A stretch of DNA of 56,612 bases from Anaerolineales bacterium (lineage in GTDB: Bacteria; Chloroflexota; Anaerolineae; Anaerolineales; UBA11858). The stretch lies in assembly GCA_045888315.1 (NCBI GenBank), contig JBGCVQ010000001.1, positions 1 through 56,612 of the forward strand. The letters run 5' to 3'. A program made the position numbers and the translations under genes. Of this stretch, positions 25,054 through 34,953 are shown piece by piece. Each line of letters starts with the position of its first letter. Within the stretch, counting starts at the first letter, position 1. Below the pieces are notes generated by a model that saw only the letters and a list, made by a program, of their open reading frames with translations, ran no database searches and was not told the origin of the DNA.

Positions 25054-25455
25054 ATGGGAAGTCCACAGAAGAAGATCAGGGTTTTAATCGCCAAAGCTGG
25101 TCTGGACGGCCATGACCGGGGAGCTAAAGTGGTCGCCCGGGCGCTGCGGGATGCAGGCATGGAAGTGATCTACACTGGCCTGCGGCAGACTCCAGAGATG
25201 ATCGCCGAAGCGGCCCTGCAAGAAGACGTCCAGGTGGTAGGCCTGTCGATCCTATCCGGCGCTCACATGACCCTGGTGCCCAAAGTAGTGAGTTTGCTCA
25301 AAGATGAGGGCCTCGGAAGCGTCAGGCTCTTCCTGGGGGGCATCATTCCCGATGAAGACAAGCCTGAACTGGAAAAACTGGGGGTATCCGGCATTTACGG
25401 ACCCGGCACCTCAACCCAAATAATCATAGAAGATATCCAAAAAGCATGCCAGTAA
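25054..25455 (+). CDS. Methylmalonyl-CoA mutase-type B12-binding small subunit/domain
   Basis: [34 protein letters not shown] contains the DxHxxG cobalamin-binding motif. Confidence 0.88.
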   Translation: MGSPQKKIRVLIAKAGLDGHDRGAKVVARALRDAGMEVIYTGLRQTPEMIAEAALQEDVQVVGLSILSGAHMTLVPKVVSLLKDEGLGSVRLFLGGIIPDEDKPELEKLGVSGIYGPGTSTQIIIEDIQKACQ

Positions 25456-26468
25456 CCGATCCAAGCTCAGTGGTCAAAGGGGAGCGGCTGGCAGTCACCC
25501 GCGCCCTGACCCAGGTTGAGAATAACTCTGCGGAAGGATATAAACTCCTGGAAGCGCTGTTTCCCCACACTGGCAAGGCCCACCTGATCGGTGTCACTGG
25601 TGCTCCCGGGACCGGAAAGTCGACCCTGGTGAACCAGTTGGTATTCAGCTACCGGCATCCCGCACCGGGCAGCACACCACCCAGGATCGCTGTTGTGGCT
25701 GTGGACCCAACCAGCCCATTCAGCGGCGGCGCGCTTCTGGGAGACCGGGTGCGCATGGTAGACCTGGCGGGAGATCCCGGGGTATTTGTGCGTTCGATGG
25801 CCTCCCGAGGATCCCTAGGCGGCTTGGCAGCGGCGACTGCCGGTCTGGTAGCGGTCTTCGATGCGGCTGGATATGAGATCATCATCATTGAGACTGTCGG
25901 TGCGGGCCAGGCAGAGGTGGACATCGCCAGCCTGGCACATACTACGATCGTAGTGGAAGCGCCGGGCTTAGGAGATGAAATCCAGACCATCAAGGCTGGC
26001 ATCCTGGAAATCGCGGACATCCTGGTTGTCAATAAATCAGATAAGCCCGGAGCAGAACATACGCTCCGGGCTCTTCGAAATATGCTCTCCCTGGCGCACC
26101 CCCTGCCGGAAGAGATCGCCCACCATGGGGAGTCAGCCCCCAAATCCCCTCGACCGCAAGAAAAGGATGACCAGGGTTGGATCCCCCCCGTACTGCCCAC
26201 AACCGCCATTTCCGGTGAGGGATTCCAGGAATTGATCGCTGCCATCGAGGATCACCAGGACTACCTGGAAACCAGCGGGGAGCGGGAGGTCCGTGATAAA
26301 CGCCGCCTCAAGAACGAACTCGAGGACCTGCTGCAGGACTCTCTCCGAGACCAGTGGGAAAAGGGCATCTCACACGAGATCTATCAAGAAACCCTGAACA
26401 AAGTACTCGGCAGAGAGCTCACTCCCTGGCGGGCGGTTGACCTATTACTGGAAGGAGCTGGAGAATGA
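25446..26468 (+). CDS. meaB: Methylmalonyl-CoA mutase-associated GTPase MeaB/ArgK
   Basis: P-loop [12 protein letters not shown], plus IIETVGAGQ and VVNKSD (NKxD). Confidence 0.9.
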   Translation: MPVTDPSSVVKGERLAVTRALTQVENNSAEGYKLLEALFPHTGKAHLIGVTGAPGTGKSTLVNQLVFSYRHPAPGSTPPRIAVVAVDPTSPFSGGALLGDRVRMVDLAGDPGVFVRSMASRGSLGGLAAATAGLVAVFDAAGYEIIIIETVGAGQAEVDIASLAHTTIVVEAPGLGDEIQTIKAGILEIADILVVNKSDKPGAEHTLRALRNMLSLAHPLPEEIAHHGESAPKSPRPQEKDDQGWIPPVLPTTAISGEGFQELIAAIEDHQDYLETSGEREVRDKRRLKNELEDLLQDSLRDQWEKGISHEIYQETLNKVLGRELTPWRAVDLLLEGAGE

Positions 26469-27013
26469 TCATTGGTGACCGGATCCGCTTCCGTGCTATC
26501 GAAAAAGCCGACCTACCGAATTTCGTCCACTGGCTGAATGATCCCGAGGTCAGGCAGGGCCTCTCGCTGATCCACCCCCTCTCCCTGGCAGAGGAAGAAG
26601 AATGGTTCAAAGCGGTCCTGCAGAACCCTCCCGAGGGGCGGCCGCTGGCAATCGAGATCCAGCCTGAACCGGGGAAGGATGATTGGGTCTTTGTCGGCAA
26701 CTGCGGCCTGATGAATATCCAATGGGAGAACCGCTCTGCGGAGGTAGGCATTCATATTGGCGAGAAGAAATACTGGAACCAGGGCTTTGGCAGCAAAGCC
26801 ATGAAGCTGATGTGCAAGCACGTTTTTGATGATCTTAACCTCCACCGGTTGTGGCTGCGCGTCTTCCAGACCAACCAGCGGGCGATCCGGGCTTACGAAA
26901 AAGCCGGTTTTGTACAGGAAGGCAGAATGCGGGAAGCCCAGTATCTCGATGGAAGATATGTTGACGTATTGATCATGAGCGTACTGCACTCCGAATGGCG
27001 AGATCAAGACTAA
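26465..27013 (+). CDS. GNAT-family N-acetyltransferase (RimJ/RimL-like)
   Basis: RFRAIEKADLPNFVHWLNDPEV ... WNQGFGSKAM ... NQRAIRAYEKAGF. Confidence 0.8.
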   Translation: MIIGDRIRFRAIEKADLPNFVHWLNDPEVRQGLSLIHPLSLAEEEEWFKAVLQNPPEGRPLAIEIQPEPGKDDWVFVGNCGLMNIQWENRSAEVGIHIGEKKYWNQGFGSKAMKLMCKHVFDDLNLHRLWLRVFQTNQRAIRAYEKAGFVQEGRMREAQYLDGRYVDVLIMSVLHSEWRDQD

Positions 27014-27024
27014 AGGATGGAATT

Positions 27025-28020
27025 ATGTCACATGTGATTTCTGATAACCCAGGGATGTATGGCGACATCAAGCTCTATGCGGGAACAGCGATCCCGGAGG
27101 TCGCCCAGGGAATTGCGGATTACCTGCATATCTCCTGCAGCGGCCGGGATATCATCGAATTCCCCAATGAGAACATCTGGGTCCGGCTCCACAACAGCGT
27201 TCGGGGACAGGACGTGTATCTGGTCCAGAACACATCACGGCCGGTACACCGCAACCTGATGGAGCTGCTGATCACCCTGCAAACCCTGCGCCTGGATTCT
27301 GCCGGGAGAGTGACCGCTGTCATCCCTTACCTGAGCTACACGAGGTCAGATAAGAAGGACAAGCCCCGGGTGCCGATCACTGCCAGACTGATCGCAGATA
27401 TGATCGAGATCGCTGGCGCGGACCGCTACATGACCATGGACATGCATGCAGGTCAGATCCAGGGCTTCTTCTCCATCCCTGGCGACGTCCTCACCGCCTA
27501 CCATATCCTCAAAGAACGCCTCTGCCAGCTGCTGCCCAAGATGAAAGACCCGGTTGTGCTGACAGTCGACCTGGGCTTTGCAAAAAAAGGCCGCAACCTG
27601 GCAGTAGAGCTGGGAGTGCCGATCGCTTTCATTGAGAAGAGGCGCCAGACCAAATCCAACTCGGCTGAAGCCTTGTCCCTGATCGGCAGCACCCAGGACC
27701 GGGACGTGATCATAGTCGACGATGAGGTGGATACGGGCGGATCCATGACCGAAGCTGCCTACCTGGCTCATCAAAATGGAGCAAAGGATATCTACTCGGT
27801 CTTCGTCCACCCGGTCTTTTCCAAATCGGCAGTTGAGAGGCTGGCTGAGTCGCCCATCACCCACTTGATCACAACCAACACCGTTCCGGTTTCGAAAGAA
27901 GACCAGAAAACCCTTAAAAAGAACCGCCAGGTAGACATCCTAGATATCTCTCCCCTGCTTGGGGAAGTCATCCGCAGAGCCCATGAAGGGCGCAGCGTGG
28001 GCGAGATGTTTGACGAATAG
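27025..28020 (+). CDS. prs: Ribose-phosphate pyrophosphokinase
   Basis: DMHAGQIQGFF and IIVDDEVDTGGS (PRPP loop). ATG 27025 lies after the upstream stop and an AAAGGA. Confidence 0.9.
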   Translation: MSHVISDNPGMYGDIKLYAGTAIPEVAQGIADYLHISCSGRDIIEFPNENIWVRLHNSVRGQDVYLVQNTSRPVHRNLMELLITLQTLRLDSAGRVTAVIPYLSYTRSDKKDKPRVPITARLIADMIEIAGADRYMTMDMHAGQIQGFFSIPGDVLTAYHILKERLCQLLPKMKDPVVLTVDLGFAKKGRNLAVELGVPIAFIEKRRQTKSNSAEALSLIGSTQDRDVIIVDDEVDTGGSMTEAAYLAHQNGAKDIYSVFVHPVFSKSAVERLAESPITHLITTNTVPVSKEDQKTLKKNRQVDILDISPLLGEVIRRAHEGRSVGEMFDE

Positions 28021-28025
28021 AGTTT

Positions 28026-28850
28026 ATGCCTGAACTGCCCGAGGTTGAGACTTTCTGCCGATTCCTGCTCCAGGGAGTATCTGGATCCCCATCGATCCTT
28101 GGAAAAAGGATCGATCACGCCGAGTTATTGTGGCCAGGAGCCCTGGCGTATCCCGATCCAGACCGATTCCTGGACGAGATCCAGGGCCAGTATGTCACAG
28201 GCATCGGGAGGCGTGGGAAGAACCTGCTGATCTCGCTCTCAGACCAGACCTTGATCATTCACCTCAGGATGAGCGGAGAACTGATCGTTGAGGAAAAATT
28301 CAATCCAATTGGACCGCATTACCGGATCATTCTCAATTTTACAGATCAATATCGGCTGGCTTTCAACAATATTCGCAAATTTGGCCGGATGTGGATGACA
28401 GGCGACCCGGATCTCATTATTGGTCATCTGGGGCCAGAACCGTTGGCAGAGGATTTCTCCCCTCAGGACCTTCACCAACTGCTTCACAGCCAAAACCGGC
28501 AGCTGAAATACTTCCTCCTGGACCAGACCGTGATCGCCGGTATGGGTAATATCTACACCGATGAAACACTCTACCGCGCCCGGCTGCATCCCGCCCGGAT
28601 CTCATCCTCTCTGACCGAAGCTGAAAGCACCCTGCTCTGGAAATCTATGCGCGAAGTCCTCAATGCTGGCATCCAGAACCATGGTTCCAGTATTGATTGG
28701 ATGTACAAGGGTGGGGATTACCAGAAATATCTCTCGGTGTATAATTTAGAGGGAAAGCCTTGCCAGCATTGTCAAACGCCGATCAAGCGCATCAAGATTG
28801 CCCAGCGCAGCACTTATTTTTGTCCCAGCTGTCAGACTCTTCCTGAATGA
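28026..28850 (+). CDS. mutM: Formamidopyrimidine-DNA glycosylase
   Basis: N-terminal MPELPEVE and a C-terminal zinc finger CQHC...CPSCQ. Confidence 0.92.
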   Translation: MPELPEVETFCRFLLQGVSGSPSILGKRIDHAELLWPGALAYPDPDRFLDEIQGQYVTGIGRRGKNLLISLSDQTLIIHLRMSGELIVEEKFNPIGPHYRIILNFTDQYRLAFNNIRKFGRMWMTGDPDLIIGHLGPEPLAEDFSPQDLHQLLHSQNRQLKYFLLDQTVIAGMGNIYTDETLYRARLHPARISSSLTEAESTLLWKSMREVLNAGIQNHGSSIDWMYKGGDYQKYLSVYNLEGKPCQHCQTPIKRIKIAQRSTYFCPSCQTLPE

Positions 28851-28862
28851 GAAGGAGTTCCT

Positions 28863-29540
28863 ATGCAAACAGCCTTGTTGATCTTTATCGTAGTCTTTGC
28901 CTTGGCGATCGGCTTTTTCCTGGGATTATTTCTTCTTTCCCTGAACGTGCCGTTCTTGAAGAAACTCTTCCAGAAGGAAGATGCTGATGAAGTGATCCCG
29001 ACTCCCTCAGCAGCTGCCAGCAGCGGCACTTCCTCCGATCCGGCCCAGGAAGTCAAAAAACCCTCTCCGGACTCCCAACTGCTGCTGAAAGTCTGGAAGG
29101 CTGAAGGCAAACCCCCGGTCTATGAATTCGGCGGCATCTATGTCGACAAGGAAAAACTGCCCCGCGAGCTGCTTAATGTGATCACCGTTCAGGAGGGCAG
29201 CCCGCCTCAGGGGAAACCCCAGCCAGCGCCACAACCACAACCGAAACCGGCAATCCCGCAAGAGAATAAAGCCCTCGAACCCTCCTCGGAACCAGAAGAG
29301 GAAGAAGAGGGTGAAGTTAAAATGCTCAGCGTGGTTGACGAAGTGAACGAGATCCTGCAGCGCAAGCTCCACGGCTCCCCGTTGGCGGGAAAAGGCATCC
29401 ACCTGATGGAGAACTACAACAAGGAGATCCGCTTCTGGGTGGGTTTGGAATCCTACAACGACGTTGCAGAGATCCCGGATCCCGAGATCAGGCGCATGAT
29501 CAATGAAGCTGTCAAGGAATGGGAGCAGAATCGCAGTTGA
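28863..29540 (+). CDS. Hypothetical membrane-anchored protein with a Pro/Gln-rich linker
   Basis: N-terminal TM helix, a PQPAPQPQPKPAIPQ linker, an acidic stretch, and a conserved-looking C-terminal domain of unknown function. Confidence 0.55.
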   Translation: MQTALLIFIVVFALAIGFFLGLFLLSLNVPFLKKLFQKEDADEVIPTPSAAASSGTSSDPAQEVKKPSPDSQLLLKVWKAEGKPPVYEFGGIYVDKEKLPRELLNVITVQEGSPPQGKPQPAPQPQPKPAIPQENKALEPSSEPEEEEEGEVKMLSVVDEVNEILQRKLHGSPLAGKGIHLMENYNKEIRFWVGLESYNDVAEIPDPEIRRMINEAVKEWEQNRS

Positions 29541-29543
29541 CCA

Positions 29544-30617
29544 TTAATCCGGCAGGATCAACTTTCTCATAAATTCCGCTTCAACGGCATCAGCTAGTTT
29601 CATCCTGAGCTCTGGAGGCAGAAAAGCGCCTTGAGCAGCTGCTTTGACGCGTGTTCCGATCACATTCATGGAGATCTCCAGATCTCGGTGAATTGTTTGG
29701 TATTCGCTCGAGAGGGTGATGCGGGAGATACTGGGGTCGTCTGTGTTGATCGAGACATTCAAGCCACGATTGATCATATCGATGATCGGGTGATTGGCTA
29801 TAGCGTCCACAACCCCTGAATGATAATTGCTGGTTACACAGACCTCGAACAGTGTCCCCCTTTCACGGGTTAATGCAACCACGTCAGGATCCTCCAAGAC
29901 CCGGATGCCGTGCCCGATCCTTTCCGCCTTGAACTCCTCAACTGCCTGGCGGACATTCTCAGCCCCACCCCATTCTCCGGCATGGATGGTGATATGTAAA
30001 CCGCCTTGCTGTGCTTCAGCAAACAGCTCACAGAAGGGGCCTGCAGGAAATTCAGCCTCGTTGCCGGCCAGGTCCAACCCCACGATCCCCTGGTCTTTCC
30101 TTTCCAGGGCGATTTCGACTGCCTCCCGGGCCAGCTCCAGGCTCTCATGCCGATTGATGGATACGATCAGCCGAACCATAACCTGGAAGTGGTCTGCTGC
30201 CTCTCGGACACTTTCCAGCACCCAATCTGCGACCTGGGCCATGGGAAAACCTTCCGCCCTGCTGAGGGCTGCAGGCGTAAAACGCAGTTCTAAATAGCGG
30301 ATGTTGTCGTGGGCAGCATCCTCAACGGCTTCCCAGCTGATGCGCTTGATGATCTCTGGGGATTTATAGAACAGCCGCAGGGTACCAAACTTAGACAGAA
30401 AATTCTCAAAAGTATAGTCTTCCTGCCGTTCCACCTGGACCAAAGGGCGTAAATATCCGGTATTCTTGACATCCATCTCGTGCGACCGGACGATCTCCAT
30501 CATGGTAGGCACCCTTAAGGATCCCTCCAAGTGGCGGTGCAGCTCCACTTTGGGAAGCACCTGGTAAAAATCCGCAACTTCCGGTAGAGAAAAGTCTGCC
30601 ATCAATGATCCGGTCAA
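29544..30617 (-). CDS. add: Adenosine deaminase
   Basis: LPKVELHRHLEGS, ITIHAGE and SINTDDP motifs. Confidence 0.9.
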   Translation of the reverse strand: MTGSLMADFSLPEVADFYQVLPKVELHRHLEGSLRVPTMMEIVRSHEMDVKNTGYLRPLVQVERQEDYTFENFLSKFGTLRLFYKSPEIIKRISWEAVEDAAHDNIRYLELRFTPAALSRAEGFPMAQVADWVLESVREAADHFQVMVRLIVSINRHESLELAREAVEIALERKDQGIVGLDLAGNEAEFPAGPFCELFAEAQQGGLHITIHAGEWGGAENVRQAVEEFKAERIGHGIRVLEDPDVVALTRERGTLFEVCVTSNYHSGVVDAIANHPIIDMINRGLNVSINTDDPSISRITLSSEYQTIHRDLEISMNVIGTRVKAAAQGAFLPPELRMKLADAVEAEFMRKLILPD

Positions 30618-30670
30618 TCGTTATCTGGAATTTTCTTTATTTTACCTGATAAATATCCTCAAAAACCAAA

Positions 30671-30700
30671 CAGGCTGCCTCTCCCACCCGAGGCAGCCTG
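30671..30700 (-). terminator. Rho-independent terminator of secA
   Basis: CAGGCTGCCTC-GGGTGGGA-GAGGCAGCCTG on the minus strand, followed by TTTGGTTTTT. Confidence 0.75.
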
Positions 30701-30725
30701 TACCGGGCGCAAATATGCATGCAAC

Positions 30726-33700
30726 TCAGGCGTTCTCAACTCCTGCCTGGATGCGCTCCAGATTCCTGGGCTGGAAAGTGAACATCCGGTTCACCACGCC
30801 CAGGCGCATATTCTCCATCAACCGCTGGAACATCTCAAATCCGCGGGTCTTGTACTGTACCAGTGGATCCCGTTGGGCGTATGCCTCCAGGCCAATCGCG
30901 ACCCGGAGCGCCTCCATCTCTGTCAGGTATTCAACCCATAATTCGGAGATCACCCTCAAGAACAGGTCCCGGTAGATATTGCTCAGCACGGACCTACCCA
31001 GCAGGTCCTGTACCTTCCGTTTGATATCAGCGGGGAGATTTTCTATATTCAGGTCAACCACCTGGCTGAAGGTTTCAGGCCCCAACTCCTGGCGGATGGT
31101 CTCCTGCAAATCCTCGTCCAGGGAAGAGAGTTGATATTCCTTCAATCGCTGCATTTCATTCTGTCCCCAGGCTTCCTGGATAGCCAGCCTGGCAGTTTCC
31201 AGGTGTTGAAGGATCTCTTTTCCGATCTCTTCCTGGGGGTAGTTCAGCAGCAGCTCAGCAGCATAAAAAGGATAACGTAAGCGCTGGGTGCGAAGCCAGA
31301 TGCGTTTGTGGCTCTTCTTATCAAAAGCCGCCTGCCGGCCCTCTGCCATTAATCCCAGGATCTTCACCAGGTCAGACTCGGTGAGCTGATCACCCCGGAT
31401 ATCCTTCAAGCCGATCTCGACGCTCTTGATCACCAATGCGTCCTCAGGATCATTGAAATAGCGTTCTCTGCGGTCTCGGAACTGATCCTTCACCAAGCTT
31501 GAGATCCACTCAGCAGCTGAATCCCAATCCAGATCGGCAAGCTGATCATCCTCGACATCCAGGGAAGCTCCCAGCAATCTTTCCGCTGCACCAACCAGCC
31601 GCCTGAATTCCAGGGTGAGCAGTTGGTTTTCGATCTGTCGGCTGAGCTCTTCCGCCAATTCTGGGCTGGTGCCTTCGCTCAATTCCCGGATCTGCTGGGG
31701 ATCTAGCTCTAATCGGGTCCGGGTCAGCTCCCGCAGCTCTCCAAACACCACCTGGGGATTGATGGGCTCTTCCCGCCCATAGGACAGCCCCTCGAGGAAG
31801 GTGTCCAGGGTATCCAGTCGAGTGTCAAGCTGATCCTGGAAGCGCAGCAGGCGATCCTCGGCAACCCGTTCAACCGCCTCCACCACATAGGCTTCCTCGG
31901 AAGCCAAGACCTGCTCACCCAGCTCTTTGAGAATCGGGAGAATACCGGATACCTTCAATTCCGGATCGCGGGATTTGATCTCGTTGATCAAGAGCTTGAT
32001 CGTGAAGGACGGGATCCTGCGGTCTGTGAATGTCAACGTAGGCTGGATCTGGGTCACCCAGGCGAGCAGACGCCAAGGGCTTGCCAGGTCCGCCATGTCC
32101 ACCTCATCCCACTGGGTGTTCTCCACCCGGTTGTTGACCTCGTCCTCCAGCATGGCCAGGATGTCCTCCAGCAGATCCGCCTTGACGAAGACCCGGTCCC
32201 TCTGCTGATAGATCTTGGCGCGCTGCGTGTTGAGCACATCATCGTACTCCAGCAGGTGCTTGCGGACATCAAAGTTGGCCCCCTCGACACGATTTTGGGA
32301 TTGCTCCACGACCCGGTCCACCAGGGGATTGGTGATGGGCATGGATTCATCGACCTGGAGTCGGGTCATAAGAGCTTCCATCTGCTGGCCGCCAAAGCGG
32401 GCCATCAGCTCATCTTCCAGAGACAGATAGAAGCGGGATGAACCGGGGTCACCCTGGCGGCCAGCACGACCGCGCAGCTGGTTATCGATCCGGCGGGCTT
32501 CATGCCTCTCAGAACCGATGACGTGCAGTCCGCCCAGGGCCTTGACGCGTTCCTTGTCGCGCATGTGCTTGAGGAAGAAGTTGATCTCGGCATCATAGAT
32601 ACCGTACTCCTCTTCGTTCATTTTCAGCAGGATCTCTTCTTGTTCCGCCATCGTCAAGTCGTAGGGATCCTCCACGCCCGTGCGGGCCAGGACCCGGACC
32701 ACATCGCTAATGATCTCCTCTGCCAGTTCGCCGCCCAGCTTGATGTCTACGCCACGGCCTGCCATGCTGGTCGCGATCATGACTGCCCCAAAGGCACCTG
32801 CCCCGGCAATGATCTGGCTCTCTTCAGTGTGTTTGCGGGCATTGAGAACACTGTGTTCGACACCGCGCTTCAATACCTGGGCTAAACGCTCCTCATGAGA
32901 GGGATCAAGCTGGAGGATCTCCAGCAGCAGCTGGACATTCTGGGGCTCATTGAGGTTGAGATTCAAGTCCAGGTCAAGGTCTTTGATCAGGTTCCGGAGC
33001 GAACCCATCTTCAGCTGGTCCAGGGGTTCGTTCAGCGGGCTCAATTCAGGGATTCGCCGCCCGTCAGGATAACGGTCATGCTTGCGCATCCAGCTTTCAC
33101 GGATCATCAAGGTATAGAGCAAGGTGCGGATGGAAGGTCCTTCCAGCCGATTGGACAGGGTCTCAGAATTCTCCACTGAGGTCGTACCTACCAATAAAGG
33201 CCTGCCCATCACATGATAGGCGAGGATCTCTTCGGTGATCGCCCGCAGTTTGGCTTCCTCGCTGAGATAGATCAGATCGGAATAATCCTTCCTCTTCCAG
33301 TACAGCGGTTCCTGCTGGGAATCATCCTTGTCCGCGTAAAAGGTATACTCAAAATTGCTTTCCGGCTCACGATCCTTAAGGGTGACCAGGGAAGTGTCCT
33401 CCTGGGCAGCGACGTAATCCAGGTTGGTCGGGATGGCAATTGGATCAAGGCTGTAGATCTCGTTGAACTCCTCGGATTCTGTCACAGCGGTACCGGTCAT
33501 GCCGGATAATTTCTCATACATCCGGAAATAATTCTGAATAGTGATGGTCGCATAAGTGACATTCTCGCTCTGGACTTTGACGTTTTCCTTGGCTTCCACA
33601 GCCTGATGAAGGCCATCTGACCAGCGCCGACCTGGCATCAGCCGGCCGGTGAACTCATCGATGATGACCACCTTTCCAGCCTGAACGAGGTAATCCTTGT

Positions 33701-34796
33701 TCTTTTTGAAGATATATTCCGCTCGCAGCGCCTGCTCCAGGTAGCCCAGCAGGCGAGCTTGTTCAGGAGTGATGTCCTCGGGATTGTCAGGGTCGCCCAG
33801 CGGCTGCCCTAGCAGCTCTTCCACATGCATCTCCCCCAGCGGCGTGAGCGTGATATTGCGGTCCCGGATGCTGATCTCATAGTCCTCTGGCTGAAGCTTC
33901 TTGACGATAGCGGCCATCCGCCGGTACCATTCCGGGTCATCGTGGGAAGGTCCCGAGATGATCAGAGGGGTCCTGGCCTCATCGATCAGGACATTGTCGA
34001 CCTCGTCGATGATAGCGTAATAGTGGCCGCGCTGGACCCGAGCCTCCAACTGCATGGCCATGTTGTCCCGCAGGTAATCAAAACCGAACTCATTGTTCGT
34101 CCCATAGAGGATATCCGCTTGATAAGCCTCTTTCCTGAGGACCATATCCAACTGATCCCGGTCTTCCTGGGGGTTCTTATTCTCAAGATTGACCAGGAAA
34201 GCCTTCTTGCCGTGCTCCGTGCGGGCTGCCATTTGCAGCACACCCACGCTCAGTCCCAGGAAATTGTAAATGGGGGACATCCAGCGGGCATCCCTGCGGG
34301 CCAGGTAATCGTTCACTGTCACCAGGTGGACTCCCCTGCCAACCGGCAGACCTCCCAGAGGGATGAATTTCCAGCTGTCTGGATCATCCCCCCAGGCAGC
34401 CCGAGCTTTTTTCACCCAGGACTCTGATAGAGCTAAGGCATTCAGGTAGAGGGGCAAGGTCGCGCCCAGGGTCTTTCCCTCACCAGTCCGCATTTCCGCC
34501 ACAAAACCGCGGTGCATGGCAATACCCCCGATCATCTGCACATCATAATGGCGCTGGCCGATGGTGCGCTTCCCGGCTTCACGAACCGCCGCATAGGCTT
34601 CAGGAAGGATGTCATCCAACGTTTCCCCTTTAGCCAGGCGCCTGCGAAAGGAATCGGTCTTCCCTTTCAGCTCCGCTGCATCCAAAGACTCATAATCCGC
34701 TTCCATGGCATTGATCGCCGCCACTTCCTCGGCCAGTTGCAGAAGGATTTTCTGGTGGGGATCTCCCCCAATGAAACGAACGATTTTCTCTAACAT
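30726..34796 (-). CDS. secA: Preprotein translocase ATPase SecA, unusually long (1356 aa)
   Basis: MRTGEGKTL (Walker A), IIDEVDNVLIDEARTPLIISG, TGTA, GRGVDIKLGG, GSERHEARRIDNQLRGRAGRQGDPG, and LRVAIGLEAYAQRDPLVQYK. Confidence 0.95.
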   Translation of the reverse strand: MLEKIVRFIGGDPHQKILLQLAEEVAAINAMEADYESLDAAELKGKTDSFRRRLAKGETLDDILPEAYAAVREAGKRTIGQRHYDVQMIGGIAMHRGFVAEMRTGEGKTLGATLPLYLNALALSESWVKKARAAWGDDPDSWKFIPLGGLPVGRGVHLVTVNDYLARRDARWMSPIYNFLGLSVGVLQMAARTEHGKKAFLVNLENKNPQEDRDQLDMVLRKEAYQADILYGTNNEFGFDYLRDNMAMQLEARVQRGHYYAIIDEVDNVLIDEARTPLIISGPSHDDPEWYRRMAAIVKKLQPEDYEISIRDRNITLTPLGEMHVEELLGQPLGDPDNPEDITPEQARLLGYLEQALRAEYIFKKNKDYLVQAGKVVIIDEFTGRLMPGRRWSDGLHQAVEAKENVKVQSENVTYATITIQNYFRMYEKLSGMTGTAVTESEEFNEIYSLDPIAIPTNLDYVAAQEDTSLVTLKDREPESNFEYTFYADKDDSQQEPLYWKRKDYSDLIYLSEEAKLRAITEEILAYHVMGRPLLVGTTSVENSETLSNRLEGPSIRTLLYTLMIRESWMRKHDRYPDGRRIPELSPLNEPLDQLKMGSLRNLIKDLDLDLNLNLNEPQNVQLLLEILQLDPSHEERLAQVLKRGVEHSVLNARKHTEESQIIAGAGAFGAVMIATSMAGRGVDIKLGGELAEEIISDVVRVLARTGVEDPYDLTMAEQEEILLKMNEEEYGIYDAEINFFLKHMRDKERVKALGGLHVIGSERHEARRIDNQLRGRAGRQGDPGSSRFYLSLEDELMARFGGQQMEALMTRLQVDESMPITNPLVDRVVEQSQNRVEGANFDVRKHLLEYDDVLNTQRAKIYQQRDRVFVKADLLEDILAMLEDEVNNRVENTQWDEVDMADLASPWRLLAWVTQIQPTLTFTDRRIPSFTIKLLINEIKSRDPELKVSGILPILKELGEQVLASEEAYVVEAVERVAEDRLLRFQDQLDTRLDTLDTFLEGLSYGREEPINPQVVFGELRELTRTRLELDPQQIRELSEGTSPELAEELSRQIENQLLTLEFRRLVGAAERLLGASLDVEDDQLADLDWDSAAEWISSLVKDQFRDRRERYFNDPEDALVIKSVEIGLKDIRGDQLTESDLVKILGLMAEGRQAAFDKKSHKRIWLRTQRLRYPFYAAELLLNYPQEEIGKEILQHLETARLAIQEAWGQNEMQRLKEYQLSSLDEDLQETIRQELGPETFSQVVDLNIENLPADIKRKVQDLLGRSVLSNIYRDLFLRVISELWVEYLTEMEALRVAIGLEAYAQRDPLVQYKTRGFEMFQRLMENMRLGVVNRMFTFQPRNLERIQAGVENA

Positions 34797-34953
34797 CAGT
34801 TCACCTTGTGATTATCCATGCCGGCAGGGTGTACAGCCAGCGTACAGCTGATTTCTGGAGCGATTATAGCATAACGATATATACAAATTCTTAGAAGGCC
34901 AGCCAGCAATCTGAGGGAGGTTTGAAAGCCCGCTGATGTTATAATCCAAAATT

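Noticed and set aside
25054-25455. The B12-binding protein as the missing corrinoid partner of the MttB homologue.
   Set aside because: It is 13 kb away, overlaps meaB, and has the sequence typical of methylmalonyl-CoA-mutase small subunits rather than methyltransferase corrinoid proteins.
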